From Minisyncoccota bacterium (GTDB taxonomy: Bacteria; Patescibacteriota; Minisyncoccia; Phycocordibacterales; Phycocordibacteraceae): DNA of 64,000 bases. The notes below the pieces were generated by a model, which made no database searches, was not told the origin of the DNA, and was given only the letters and a program-made list of their open reading frames with translations. Positions 11,118 through 20,961 of the stretch are shown here, piece after piece (position 1 is the stretch's first letter; each line of letters opens with the position of its first letter). Both the position numbers and the translations under genes were made by a program. The stretch covers positions 25,030 through 89,029 of the forward strand of contig JALHOO010000002.1 of NCBI GenBank assembly GCA_022842945.1, written 5' to 3'.

Positions 11118-11564
11118 CTAGTTCTGTGAAGTACACGTTCCACAGGCCCCTGCGCTCTGTGCGCCAGCCGTACCACACTTCTTGCCGGTTGAGTCAACGC
11201 ACCAGAAGGCTGTTGCCATACCTGAAGGGCGTGTTGAAGAAACAGCGTACGCGCCAGCTGCGCCAGTGCACGATACACCCGTTCCAGTACCGTTTGCATT
11301 CTCTGCAGAAGCAATAGCCTGTACAACAGACGCATCTGAACATACCGTTGCGTAGCTTGGAGACGCTGCACCGTCGTAGACGATCTCTGCCTGTGTTGCG
11401 ATAGAGGCAAGGTTCGACTTGATGGAAGCGTCGTTCCCTCGACTACGCGCCGTATTGAGGGATGCGAGTACGACGGAGGAGAGGATACCGATGATGGCAA
11501 TAACGACGAGGAGCTCGATGAGCGTAAAGCCGCGATCTGCCTTCTTAATGTGTCCGAGTGTCAT
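11118..11564 (-). CDS. pilA: Major type IV pilin
   Basis: RG|FTLIELLVVIAIIGILSSVVLASLNTAR; Cys-rich C-terminus (FWCVDSTG); own terminator; alternative start at 11591. Confidence 0.88.
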   Translation of the reverse strand: MTLGHIKKADRGFTLIELLVVIAIIGILSSVVLASLNTARSRGNDASIKSNLASIATQAEIVYDGAASPSYATVCSDASVVQAIASAENANGTGTGVSCTGAAGAYAVSSTRPSGMATAFWCVDSTGKKCGTAGAQSAGACGTCTSQN

Positions 11565-11668
11565 AGAGTCTATAAATGAATTAATGCGCATAATGGGTAA
11601 CTATCCGCTTCTCCACATTGTACGCCACCCTTCTCCCTGTCTCGGTGTCCATGGGGATAACGGGTGGT

Positions 11669-12877
11669 TTACGAAATCGAGCCGGCAAGGTTATAGATTG
11701 GAATAAGCACAGACGCAAGCAGGGTTCCCACACCAAGACCAAGGAGCACAATCATCATAGGCTCGATAAGGTCCACAAGGGTATCAACGGCCGTAGTAAC
11801 CTCGCGCTGGTAGAACTTGGCAAGGGTTGTAAGGATGTTCCCAAGCTCTCCGGTCTCCTCACCCACTCGCACCATTGCGGTCATAATGCCGGGAATTTCT
11901 GCATGCTGAGCTAAAGCATCAGAAATAGACGAACCTCCCTTCACCGCCTCCCCCACCTCAAGCAGAATAGTCTCGTAGGTAGCGCTCCCTACAACTGCAC
12001 CTGTTATCTCAACCGCCTCAACAACCGGCACACCCGACACAAGCATCGTTGCAAAGTTGTCCGCAATGCGCGAAAGGTAGAGCTTCTGATATAGATCGCC
12101 CACATAGGGCACCTCAAGCTTAAGCTTGTCGAAGAAGAGTTTTCCTGCCTCTGTCTGCAGAGAGCGATACACAAAGAATGCGCCAACGCCCATAGCAATG
12201 AGAAGAAGGAATCCGTAGTTAACTAAGAAATCAGATGCGGTAATAACTACCTGCGTATAGACCGGTATTGCCTGTCCTGAGTCCTTGAGGATGGAGGCGA
12301 TACGCGGGATAACCATCGTGAGCATGAGACCCATAACCACGAAGAACACACCGATAACGAACGCCGGGTAGATAAGCGCATTCTGCGCCTTCGACATAAC
12401 CTCGTACGTGCGATCGAGGTAATCAGCAAGATATCCAAAGGTCTCTGAAAGACGTCCCGACTCCTCGCCGGATCGCACCATGTTTACATAGAAGCTTGAG
12501 AATACTTTAGGGTGCCTTGAAAGCGCTTTTGAAATAGGACTTCCTCCCTGCAGATCGTCTGCAACCTGCGTCATAACCTCTGCAAGCGTCTTGTTATCAA
12601 CTTCGCTCGCAAGGAGACGGAAGATGCGAAGCGCTGATACTTGGGCCTCGAACAAAGTCGCTATCTGCCGAGAGAGGATAACCACTTCTTTATTCGACAC
12701 ATGCTTAAGGAAACTCAGCTCAACATTGAGAAGCGACTTCTTCTCAATAGGCTCAATGGAAGAAACGATAAGACCACGGCGCTGGAGCGTAGAGACTGCA
12801 ACATCTACCGACAGGGCTTCAACGGTACCTGCCCGTTCATGTCCATCCTTGTCGAGTGCGTGATAGGAAAAAAGCAT
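11669..12877 (-). CDS. pilC: Type IV pilus platform protein
   Basis: T2SSF repeats, SGEESGRL, YPAF, GEETGEL, LIEP. Confidence 0.95.
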   Translation of the reverse strand: MLFSYHALDKDGHERAGTVEALSVDVAVSTLQRRGLIVSSIEPIEKKSLLNVELSFLKHVSNKEVVILSRQIATLFEAQVSALRIFRLLASEVDNKTLAEVMTQVADDLQGGSPISKALSRHPKVFSSFYVNMVRSGEESGRLSETFGYLADYLDRTYEVMSKAQNALIYPAFVIGVFFVVMGLMLTMVIPRIASILKDSGQAIPVYTQVVITASDFLVNYGFLLLIAMGVGAFFVYRSLQTEAGKLFFDKLKLEVPYVGDLYQKLYLSRIADNFATMLVSGVPVVEAVEITGAVVGSATYETILLEVGEAVKGGSSISDALAQHAEIPGIMTAMVRVGEETGELGNILTTLAKFYQREVTTAVDTLVDLIEPMMIVLLGLGVGTLLASVLIPIYNLAGSIS

Positions 12878-12883
12878 AGGGCG

Positions 12884-13951
12884 TTATAGATACCGCTCGA
12901 AGGTCTTTGGATCGTTCGCACGCTCATACGCGTGCTCGATAGTAACTTCGCCTCGGCGAACAAGCTCCGCGAGAGAGCGGTCCATATCAATCATGCCCTC
13001 CTGGGAACTCGTCTGAATAACCGTTGTTATCTCGTGTGTACGTCCTTCACGAATAAGGTTTGAGACCGCACTGTTGTTTATGAGAAGCTCATACGCAGGC
13101 AACTGGCCTCCTGAGATGCGCGGAATAAGACGCTGGCTGAAGATACCCGCAAGAGACCCTGCAAGCTGCACACGTACCTGGTCCTGCTGGTTTGGCGGGA
13201 ACATGTCGATAATACGATCAATAGTCTGCGCGGCATTGTTGGTGTGAAGTGTAGAAAGCACCAAGTGTCCGGTCTCCGCTGCCGTAACCGCGCTTGAGAT
13301 AGTCTCCTGGTTACGCATCTCCCCCACCATGATTACGTTCACGTCCTCACGGAATGCTGAGTTAAGTGCTGAATGGAAGTCAGGCGTATCAATGTGCACT
13401 TCACGCTGATGAATAAGAGACTTCTTCTGCTCGAAGATGTACTCAACCGGATCCTCGATCGTCACAATATGCTCCGCACGCGTCTCATTAATGCGATCAA
13501 TGATGGTCGCAAGTGTCGTGGACTTTCCCTGCCCCACCGGACCCACAACCAAGAAGAATCCCTGGGACCTCTGACTGAACACTTCGAGGATGGGTGGAAG
13601 GTTCAAGCTCTCAAAGGAACGGATCTGATGCGGAATGAGACGCATGGCGATAGTAACCGCTCCCTGCACCATGTATCCGTTGATACGAAAGCGTGCCTTG
13701 GAAGTATGTGCGTATGAAAAGTCTATAGACTGCTCAGCAGCAAAACGCTCGAATCTACTGGCTGGCGCAATGCTCTTAAGGTACCCAAGAGTGACCTCTG
13801 GAGTGAGTACCGGATGCTGAAGAAGCGGTACGAGTGAACCGGAGATGCGCACAATTGGATTATTCCCTGCTGAAAGATGCAGGTCAGAGCCGCCTTCAGA
13901 CACTACGGTATCAAGCAGTGCTTTAAGTGTTGCATCTATCTGTTCATTCAT
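12884..13951 (-). CDS. pilT: Pilus retraction ATPase
   Basis: SDLHLSAG, GPVGQGKSTT, TIEDPVE, GEMR, AAETGHLVLSTLHT. Confidence 0.95.
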   Translation of the reverse strand: MNEQIDATLKALLDTVVSEGGSDLHLSAGNNPIVRISGSLVPLLQHPVLTPEVTLGYLKSIAPASRFERFAAEQSIDFSYAHTSKARFRINGYMVQGAVTIAMRLIPHQIRSFESLNLPPILEVFSQRSQGFFLVVGPVGQGKSTTLATIIDRINETRAEHIVTIEDPVEYIFEQKKSLIHQREVHIDTPDFHSALNSAFREDVNVIMVGEMRNQETISSAVTAAETGHLVLSTLHTNNAAQTIDRIIDMFPPNQQDQVRVQLAGSLAGIFSQRLIPRISGGQLPAYELLINNSAVSNLIREGRTHEITTVIQTSSQEGMIDMDRSLAELVRRGEVTIEHAYERANDPKTFERYL

Positions 13952-13953
13952 GC

Positions 13954-14337
13954 TTAAGCCTCAATTATCTTTATGGTCTCTGCAAATACTTCGGACGGGA
14001 TAGCGGAAGCCTTGATGATGTAGCCGTGAGCGCCCAGTGCCTTCGCCTGTGCAATATCTGACTCCTGTCCCTGGTTTGAGAGAACAATCTTTTTCATCGC
14101 TCCTCCAAGATTCTCTTTCTTAATCGCTTCGAGAATTTCAAACCCGGTCATTTCGGGCATAACAATGTCTACAAGAAGCGCGTCCGGTGCAGAGTGCTCA
14201 CGGAGTGCTACGAGGAGATCGACGCCACCTGCAAATGCCGTTACCTCGTGCCCTGCCGCCTTGAACTTAACGGCATACATGTCCAACAGGAATCGGTCGT
14301 CATCAACAAGGTAGAGGCGGTAGGGTGCAGTAGGCAT
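13954..14337 (-). CDS. Single-domain response regulator (CheY-like)
   Basis: LVDDD, DIVMPEMTG phosphoacceptor, VLSN, YIIK. Confidence 0.9.
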   Translation of the reverse strand: MPTAPYRLYLVDDDRFLLDMYAVKFKAAGHEVTAFAGGVDLLVALREHSAPDALLVDIVMPEMTGFEILEAIKKENLGGAMKKIVLSNQGQESDIAQAKALGAHGYIIKASAIPSEVFAETIKIIEA

Positions 14338-14344
14338 ACGTGAT

Positions 14345-16099
14345 CTATTTAGGTGCAGTCTCCCCTTCTTCGTCGAGAATGGTCTGGCCACCCAGCGCAT
14401 TCACCTCTTCGAAAGGAATCTGTCCTGCTAACGCTTTAATGATAGCATCCTCGCGCATGGTAAACATGCCCTTGGCGCGAGCGGCCGCATACACCGATTC
14501 CTCTGTAGGAGTGGTGAGCACTACGTGTTCTAGTTCCTTATCCATACGTAGGAACTCAAAGACTGCGAGGCGTCCACGGGTTCCGTTCGGACAGTCAGGG
14601 GTAGCCTGGGCGCTGTAGAACGTATCAAATGCCGGGAGGTTTTGACGATACTCCTCAGGAAGGTCGTTGAACTCACGCGTGAGAAGACCCTTCATACTCT
14701 CTGAAAGAGGCATGGGCTTCCCCGCCCCCGGACAGAGCTTGCGGACCAGTCGCTGACTAATAGCCGCAATGAGGGTTGGTGCAATGAGGTAGGGGTCGAC
14801 ACCCATATCAACCAAGCGAGGAATAACACCCGCGGCGGTGTTGGTGTGGATGGTTGAGAACACGAGGTGCCCGGTAAGCGCAGCCTGGATAGCAAGCTGT
14901 GCGGTCTCTTTGTCGCGAATCTCTCCCACCATAATAATGTCCGGGTCCTGGCGAAGAATAGAGCGGAGGCCCGATGCGAAGGTGTAGCCAATCTCCGGAC
15001 GCACCTGTGATTGCGACACGCCAGCAATCTCATACTCAACCGGATCCTCAACCGACACTACGTTTGCAGATTCCCGATCAAGCTCGGTAAGCATCGAAAA
15101 GAGCGTGGTCGACTTTCCAGAACCTGTAGGTCCCGCAATGAGAATAATGCCGTACGGCTTCTTGATAATCTCTCGCACCTGCGCAAGGTCCGTAGCAGAC
15201 AGACCGATGGTCTCAAGGGTTGCGACTGACTTTGCGCTATCAAGAATACGCATCACCACCTTCTCCCCTCCTTGGGTTGGGAACGTCGATACACGGAAAT
15301 CAATACGGCGCCCCTCAACCGTTGCTGAGAAGCGTCCGTCCTGTGGTTTTCGTTTCTCATCAAGGCGCATCTGCGAAAGAATCTTGATACGCGCCACAAC
15401 CGCAGGGTGCACCTTTGCCGGAAGCTCAAGAGACGTATGGAGCTCTCCATCCATGCGGAAGCGCACGCGTGTTTTCTCAGGCGTTGGCTCTACATGAATA
15501 TCTGAAGCCCCGCCTTCTACCGCGTAGCGTAGTATGGTTGCCACAATCTTTGTAACCGGCGCATCCGCCTTGATGTTGGTCTCCTGCACACCTTCGGCTG
15601 GAGCCGCTTCCTTACCCTCATCAAGATCTACCGGCGCGCCCTCGATTTCAGAGAGTGCCTCACCCACTTCTCCGGAGAGATTCTCGTATTCCTTAAGTAC
15701 ACGATCAAAGTCTGTCTGCGAGATTATGAAAAGCTTGTACGGCATACTCACCCGGCTCGATATGAACTGGAGTGCGTCGAGTGCCTCAATGTTGTCCGGG
15801 TCAAGAATACCTACGGACAGCGCACCGTCTGTTGCCTCTATAGGTACGAAGCCGTAATGCCGCGCGGACTCTTCTGGAATAAAGGAGAGGGTGTGCGTGT
15901 CTGAGAGCTCGGACGGCAGCTTACGATACGGAATCTGGTACTTCTGCGACACCGCCTCGTACGCAGTATCAAGTGCAATCTTGCGCTTCTCGAGCGCCAT
16001 ATCAACCGTTACCCCCTTTGAACGTACCTCTTCCTCAACGCTTGCAGCGTCTTCAGGTGTGAGGATTCCTTTTTCTGTTAGAAGAGCAACGAGATTCAT
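14345..16099 (-). CDS. pilB: Pilus assembly ATPase
   Basis: ASDIHVEP, PQDGRF, GPTGSGKSTT, LRQDPD, AALTGHLVFSTIHTN. Confidence 0.95.
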   Translation of the reverse strand: MNLVALLTEKGILTPEDAASVEEEVRSKGVTVDMALEKRKIALDTAYEAVSQKYQIPYRKLPSELSDTHTLSFIPEESARHYGFVPIEATDGALSVGILDPDNIEALDALQFISSRVSMPYKLFIISQTDFDRVLKEYENLSGEVGEALSEIEGAPVDLDEGKEAAPAEGVQETNIKADAPVTKIVATILRYAVEGGASDIHVEPTPEKTRVRFRMDGELHTSLELPAKVHPAVVARIKILSQMRLDEKRKPQDGRFSATVEGRRIDFRVSTFPTQGGEKVVMRILDSAKSVATLETIGLSATDLAQVREIIKKPYGIILIAGPTGSGKSTTLFSMLTELDRESANVVSVEDPVEYEIAGVSQSQVRPEIGYTFASGLRSILRQDPDIIMVGEIRDKETAQLAIQAALTGHLVFSTIHTNTAAGVIPRLVDMGVDPYLIAPTLIAAISQRLVRKLCPGAGKPMPLSESMKGLLTREFNDLPEEYRQNLPAFDTFYSAQATPDCPNGTRGRLAVFEFLRMDKELEHVVLTTPTEESVYAAARAKGMFTMREDAIIKALAGQIPFEEVNALGGQTILDEEGETAPK

Positions 16100-16222
16100 C
16101 TAATGGGAGCCGAAGTTCAAGACCTCGAGATTATAAAACGGTCGATAATATACTGCCCTGCGACCCTGACTTCCCTAAGTGTACTACGTGCACGAACACT
16201 ACACGCAGTGCATGCGGGGAAA

Positions 16223-16528
16223 TCACTCTGCAGCCACACCGGGAAGTGGCGAAAACGGATCCGTACGTCCTTCTACTTCCGGCTGGATAACGGTCTTGAT
16301 GTCTACCAATGCCTCAAAGCGAGGATCGCGGAGTACCGTTACATCGAATGAGATCGAACCAAGCTGTGCGGCAAGCGTGAGGAAGGTAGCTTGTGCCGCG
16401 CTTGAGGCACCCACACTAGTGGTAATAGTGTCTTCAGCATTCGGACGCATCCAAAGGAAGTACGCAATAACACCGAGCACCACAATAGCGGCCGCAATAG
16501 TTATGGAAGTGTTCTTTGAAAGTGCCAT
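16223..16528 (-). CDS. Small membrane-anchored pilus protein (PilP position)
   Basis: N-terminal TM, C-terminal GRTDPF motif; follows pilO. Confidence 0.65.
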   Translation of the reverse strand: MALSKNTSITIAAAIVVLGVIAYFLWMRPNAEDTITTSVGASSAAQATFLTLAAQLGSISFDVTVLRDPRFEALVDIKTVIQPEVEGRTDPFSPLPGVAAE

Positions 16529-16532
16529 AGAG

Positions 16533-17117
16533 TTATTTGAGCCAGTAAAGACGGAACGTAATGTCGTAGGTGTAAATACCGGTCTGAGAGTCAGTAACGG
16601 AAATCTCTACCACGTCGATATGACGAAGACTGTTCTCAACACCCAGAAGGAATGTCTGGAACGCCGCATAACTACCGGTTGCTGCTACAGAAAGGTCGAG
16701 AGACTCGGTGGGTTCTCCAGCACTCAGCGCAAGCGCACCACTACCCCCTCCTCCAAGTGGCGCCGTGCCCTGGGTGCTAGAGGCCTCAGTGTTGCTTTCA
16801 ATACTAAACTCGGACAGCTGTACTCCTGAGCGCGCCGCAAGCGAGTTCAGGTCAACAATGAGTCTAACGTTGTCTACGTTATCTGGAAGAAACGACTCGA
16901 GACGTATGATCTGTTCGTCCGTAATAGCAGCGCGATCACGTGTAAGCTGAATCTCTTTCTCCTTGAAGTCTGTGGCGGCCGCAAGCGCCGTATCAAGGTC
17001 TCGTATCTCTGTCGTGAGATCAACAATAGAACCGCTATACGTAGGCTGCACATACCCAATAAAGAGGCCGGCAGCGCCGATAATCATGAGGAGCGGGATG
17101 ATGCGAGTGAATATCAT
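16533..17117 (-). CDS. pilO: Pilus alignment protein PilO
   Basis: TM, coiled coil, FLP..LAARSGVQL, GSYAAFQTFL..LRHIDV. Confidence 0.85.
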   Translation of the reverse strand: MIFTRIIPLLMIIGAAGLFIGYVQPTYSGSIVDLTTEIRDLDTALAAATDFKEKEIQLTRDRAAITDEQIIRLESFLPDNVDNVRLIVDLNSLAARSGVQLSEFSIESNTEASSTQGTAPLGGGGSGALALSAGEPTESLDLSVAATGSYAAFQTFLLGVENSLRHIDVVEISVTDSQTGIYTYDITFRLYWLK

Positions 17118-17836
17118 GGTTGTGGAGTGCTAGTGGCACGCGTACTTGAGGCAGTGGTTGTGCCGGGTGTCGTTGCTGGCTGCAGATTTGGAGCCACGGG
17201 CTCGTTCACAACAGGAGGGGGTACTGTACCTGAAGACGGCTCAGAAATACCAGGGAACGCTTCTGCTGAGGTAATGAGTCTCGGGTCCAGAGTTGCCGTC
17301 ACCGAGAATCCAACGGTGCCATTTGTGTTTACTGAAATGTCAGAAAAGATTGCACTCTTGATGCGCTTCTCACTTGCTATAGCGGTGGTCTGCGCCGCAA
17401 GCGCATTAAAGCTACGGGCAACACCCTCCATAGTCACTTCTGCGGAACGGTCTTCGTTTACCGAAAGCGAAAGCGTATTGAAACGAACGGTCTGCAAAGT
17501 CTTTGCTTCAAGGACCGTAAAGAACTTTGTAAGCTCGATGTGATCGTTCAGCATTCGCTCCACCTCAACTAGGCGGTTCTTAAGTCGAATGAAACCTTCC
17601 ACCACATCAAGGTTAACTGATCGCTGTGCCTGAAGGAGTTCTGCAGACTTCGCATCGCGTGCACTCTTCAGGTAGAGTTCGTACCCAAAGACTCCAGCCG
17701 CAACAAGTGCACTAATACCCGCAACGGCAATAGCAATCAAAAGAAGCACGCTACGTCCGCTCTTTTGAGAACGTGCGTGCGTTGATACCGGTTGTTTTGG
17801 TACGAACGAGGTTGGAATGGTCGGAGGTAATGCCAC
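17114..17836 (-). CDS. pilN: Pilus alignment protein PilN
   Basis: PTSFVPK N-terminus, TM, coiled coil, MEGVARS; lies between pilM and pilO. Confidence 0.8.
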   Translation of the reverse strand: MALPPTIPTSFVPKQPVSTHARSQKSGRSVLLLIAIAVAGISALVAAGVFGYELYLKSARDAKSAELLQAQRSVNLDVVEGFIRLKNRLVEVERMLNDHIELTKFFTVLEAKTLQTVRFNTLSLSVNEDRSAEVTMEGVARSFNALAAQTTAIASEKRIKSAIFSDISVNTNGTVGFSVTATLDPRLITSAEAFPGISEPSSGTVPPPVVNEPVAPNLQPATTPGTTTASSTRATSTPQP

Positions 17837-17904
17837 AGTGGTGTTAAGTATACGGGAGAATGTGCGCTATAGAGGCTTCTTATGCACAGAGACCATGAAG
17901 ATGC

Positions 17905-18993
17905 CTACTCCTCTTCTTCAAGCTTGCGCAGTGCAAGACCTACCGCAACCGCGAACTCTGGACCAATAGCCTGCAGTACCGGACGCATGAACTCAGGAGC
18001 CTGTGTCTTGCTGAAAGGATCGGCGACACGCACATCTACAGAGAAGAATCCCTTTGCGTACGCCTCGAGCTCTTTGGTTACGCCCCCTCCCCCCGTAAGA
18101 ACCAAGCAGGAGACTTTCGCATTCTTCGCCATTTCATACTGCGTAAGCGCACGCTTCGCCTCTTCAAAGATGCGCGAGAACACGAGCTCAATAGAACGAT
18201 GGTCGTAGGTCCCTGCTTCCTGCGTAAAGCCATGCGCTTTCTTAAGGGTCTCAGCATCTCCCACCGTAATACCTTGTGAGGTGGCGATGGTGCGTGTCAC
18301 GTCCTGCCCGCCACTTGGAATGTTGTGCGAGAACGCAACCACGCCGTGCTCAACCACATACACCTTCGTAGCACTTGCACCAATATCAAGGACAAGCACT
18401 GGCTTAACCGGCTCATCAACTACAGAACGAATGGTGCTGAATATCTCAATCTCATAGAAGGTTGCCGAAAGCTCGGACCCTCGTACCACACCCTCAAGCA
18501 AAGAGAGCTCGTCGTTATGCACGGCCACAAGCAGCACCTGCACCTTAGGAGGAGGTGCTGCTCCTTCAGGAATAGCTTCCGGAAGAATAAACCAGTCGAG
18601 CTGCACCTCCGTTACGGGTACGGGAATATACTTTCTCGCCTCGAGCTCAATTACCGTCTTTTGCTCCTCCGGACTATCTCTCCGAGGAAGCTCAACGAGT
18701 GTAAGTAGAGTACGAGAGAACGGGATAGAAATCCCCGCGTCTTTCGTAGTTACATTAGCTTCACGTAGGAGGTCGTTGAGTGTCTCTGCAATCTTTGCCG
18801 CAGGAAGATTGGTTGCCTGTCCCACCTCAACGCCCGCGTACGGACCCAGGGCGAGCTCGCCATAGGTCTCAAGCACCGCAGTGCCTCCCTGGCGACGCAG
18901 CTGCACCACTTTCAAAGACGAGGAGCCTATGTCCACGCCGATTACGCTCTTCGACTTCTTTGTGTCACCGAAAAGTTTTGTGAGGAACCCCAT
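17905..18993 (-). CDS. pilM: Pilus assembly protein PilM
   Basis: IGVDIGSSSLKVVQL, LDIGAS, LTGGG, FAVAVGLALR. Confidence 0.95.
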   Translation of the reverse strand: MGFLTKLFGDTKKSKSVIGVDIGSSSLKVVQLRRQGGTAVLETYGELALGPYAGVEVGQATNLPAAKIAETLNDLLREANVTTKDAGISIPFSRTLLTLVELPRRDSPEEQKTVIELEARKYIPVPVTEVQLDWFILPEAIPEGAAPPPKVQVLLVAVHNDELSLLEGVVRGSELSATFYEIEIFSTIRSVVDEPVKPVLVLDIGASATKVYVVEHGVVAFSHNIPSGGQDVTRTIATSQGITVGDAETLKKAHGFTQEAGTYDHRSIELVFSRIFEEAKRALTQYEMAKNAKVSCLVLTGGGGVTKELEAYAKGFFSVDVRVADPFSKTQAPEFMRPVLQAIGPEFAVAVGLALRKLEEEE

Positions 18994-18999
18994 AACGGG

Positions 19000-19009
19000 A
19001 TTGTATCAT
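19000..19009. promoter_or_regulatory. Overlapping bidirectional -10 elements for pilM and comF
   Basis: Minus-strand TGaTACAAT is 6 nt before the pilM ATG; plus-strand TATCAT is 6 nt before the comF ATG; only 22 bp separate the ATGs. Confidence 0.65.
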
Positions 19010-19015
19010 GCAGGC

Positions 19016-19642
19016 ATGAAGCTCCTCCGTGCATTGTTTACGCTATTGTTCCCAGAGCGCCCCTCGGAAACTATCGTTGCGGATCTCACCCCTGAATCCC
19101 TAGGCACCCTCGCAGAACCTACGCAAGGAGAAAGGAACATCGTCTCCCTTCTCCCCTATCGCGCACCTCTCGTGAGAGCGTGCATACGCGAAGCTAAGTT
19201 CCATGCAAACCCAAAGGCATGGACGCTCCTAGGGAGCATACTTGCGGACTATGTACGGGAACTAGAGTCTGATTGGAATACGTTCGAAGACCACCAGATT
19301 ATTCTTGTTCCTATACCTCTTTCTAGAAGGCGTATGAAAGATCGAGGATATAACCAGGTGGAGCGGATTGCAGAGAGTGCTCGCACCTCATACGCACACC
19401 TTCGCATTAAGAATACTCTTCTGGTGCGCGTGCGAGATACCCTTCCCCAGACCGGCCTTAGGGGTCATGCAAGGAGACACAATCTTAAGGGTGCTTTTGA
19501 GGTGCACGGTGCACTCAACTCTACACATACCTATATAGTGTTAGACGACGTAACCACCACCGGCACAACCCTCGCCACTGCCTGTAGGACCCTTGTTTCA
19601 TCTGGCGCCATCCGTGTTTTAGGCCTTTCATTGGCGCATTAG
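19016..19642 (+). CDS. comF: ComF-family competence protein (PRTase fold)
   Basis: LVPIPLS..RGYNQ, QTGL..R.NLKGAF, LDDVTTTGTTL. Confidence 0.9.
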   Translation: MKLLRALFTLLFPERPSETIVADLTPESLGTLAEPTQGERNIVSLLPYRAPLVRACIREAKFHANPKAWTLLGSILADYVRELESDWNTFEDHQIILVPIPLSRRRMKDRGYNQVERIAESARTSYAHLRIKNTLLVRVRDTLPQTGLRGHARRHNLKGAFEVHGALNSTHTYIVLDDVTTTGTTLATACRTLVSSGAIRVLGLSLAH

Positions 19643-19668
19643 GCCGGAAGTGTTATTTTTGGAATACT

Positions 19669-19758
19669 GGAGACGTGGCTGAGTGGTCGAAAGTACCTCA
19701 CTGCTAACGAGGCGAGCTGTAAAAGGCTCCGAGGGTTCGAATCCCTCCGTCTCCGCCA
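19669..19758 (+). tRNA. tRNA-Ser(GCU)
   Basis: GGAGACG acceptor stem, anticodon loop CT-GCT-AA, long variable arm, GGTTCGAATCC, encoded CCA. Confidence 0.95.
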
Positions 19759-19822
19759 AACACTATTTCTCACCACGGTTCTCTATGCGCCGGACGGAGT
19801 AATAGCTGGTATACACACAAGA

Positions 19823-20686
19823 ATGCACAAGAATCTCAAGATAGCTCTTTTAAGCATACTCGTTATCTTTGCGGGTATAGGTCTCCTGTTTACAGGCGTG
19901 TTTGTGGCCATGCAGTTCGGGCTTTTGAACGTGCGCGGTTCCATACTCGAGCGCAACAGTTTCTTTACGGAAACTACTTCAGCTGAAGCGGGTGTTGCTT
20001 CCGCGTCCTGCGTGGATCAAGGCAGCACAACCTGTACCTGGAGCGAGACACCAGAATGGCTCGTTGTTGCTGGAGGCCTTGAGAAGGATGCGCAGGTTAT
20101 CGCACGCGTCGCACAGGAGACCGGCGTTGATGCGCGTCTTATAGCAGCGGTAGTAGTGCCGGAGCAGATTCGTTTCTTTACCGCAGAGCGCGAGGTCTTT
20201 AAGCGATACTTTGAACCGCTCAAGATTCTTGGATCTCTTTCCAAGTTCTCTCTTGGTGTGTCAGGTATCAAGCAGGACACCGCACGTCTAGTTGAGATCT
20301 ATGCAAACGACCCCGCTTCCCCGTTCTACCCAGGACCCGGAGCGAGCGAACTGCTCGCATACTCTCCCGATGTCCGTGACCAGGACGCGGAGCTCTTCCT
20401 TCGCCTTACCAATGAGAAGGATCACTACTACTCCTATCTCTATACTGCGCTTTATCTCAAAGAGGTTATGGCGCAATGGGAGCGCGCAGGGTTTCCGTTA
20501 GATACGGAAACTGATACAGATGTACTTGTGACGCTCTTTAATATTGGATTTACTAACTCCGTTCCTAAAGAGAACCCAGGTCCGGGCGGCGCAAGTATCA
20601 CTGTCGGCGACACGTCCTATCTATTCGGTACCCTTGGTGCTGCGTTCTACCACTCAGACGAACTCGTATCAGTATTTGCACGCTAA
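19823..20686 (+). CDS. Membrane-anchored lysozyme-like/transglycosylase-fold protein
   Basis: TM; AQETGVDARLIAAVVVPE (SLT motif I Glu), SLGVSGIK..TA, LFNIG (AYNxG-like). Confidence 0.6.
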   Translation: MHKNLKIALLSILVIFAGIGLLFTGVFVAMQFGLLNVRGSILERNSFFTETTSAEAGVASASCVDQGSTTCTWSETPEWLVVAGGLEKDAQVIARVAQETGVDARLIAAVVVPEQIRFFTAEREVFKRYFEPLKILGSLSKFSLGVSGIKQDTARLVEIYANDPASPFYPGPGASELLAYSPDVRDQDAELFLRLTNEKDHYYSYLYTALYLKEVMAQWERAGFPLDTETDTDVLVTLFNIGFTNSVPKENPGPGGASITVGDTSYLFGTLGAAFYHSDELVSVFAR

Positions 20687-20729
20687 CCTTCACACACCTC
20701 TCATGCGTGGGTTTGTATAGTGCACGCAT

Positions 20730-20909
20730 ATGCACACACCGAGCATAGAATCCATTTTCATCCGCAAGCAGGAAGAGCGCTCCTACCCCATAGCAAAGCA
20801 CCTCTACGAGATGCCCTTTGTAGGCTCTCTTGCACGTGCATGGGTACATGCAACGCGCTCCACAGGACCCCAGACACTGTGGGCTACCCTTCCACCTCTT
20901 TCTGCCTAA
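20730..20909 (+). CDS. Small hypothetical protein (59 aa, not in the ORF track)
   Basis: MHTPSIESIFIRKQEERSYPIAKHLYEMPFVGSLARAWVHATRSTGPQTLWATLPPLSA; TATAGT 8 nt before the ATG; fills the gap. Confidence 0.5.
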   Translation: MHTPSIESIFIRKQEERSYPIAKHLYEMPFVGSLARAWVHATRSTGPQTLWATLPPLSA

Positions 20910-20961
20910 CGTAGGCGGTGTAGAATGGACGCACTCAGGTCCGTGATACACACCACAAAAC

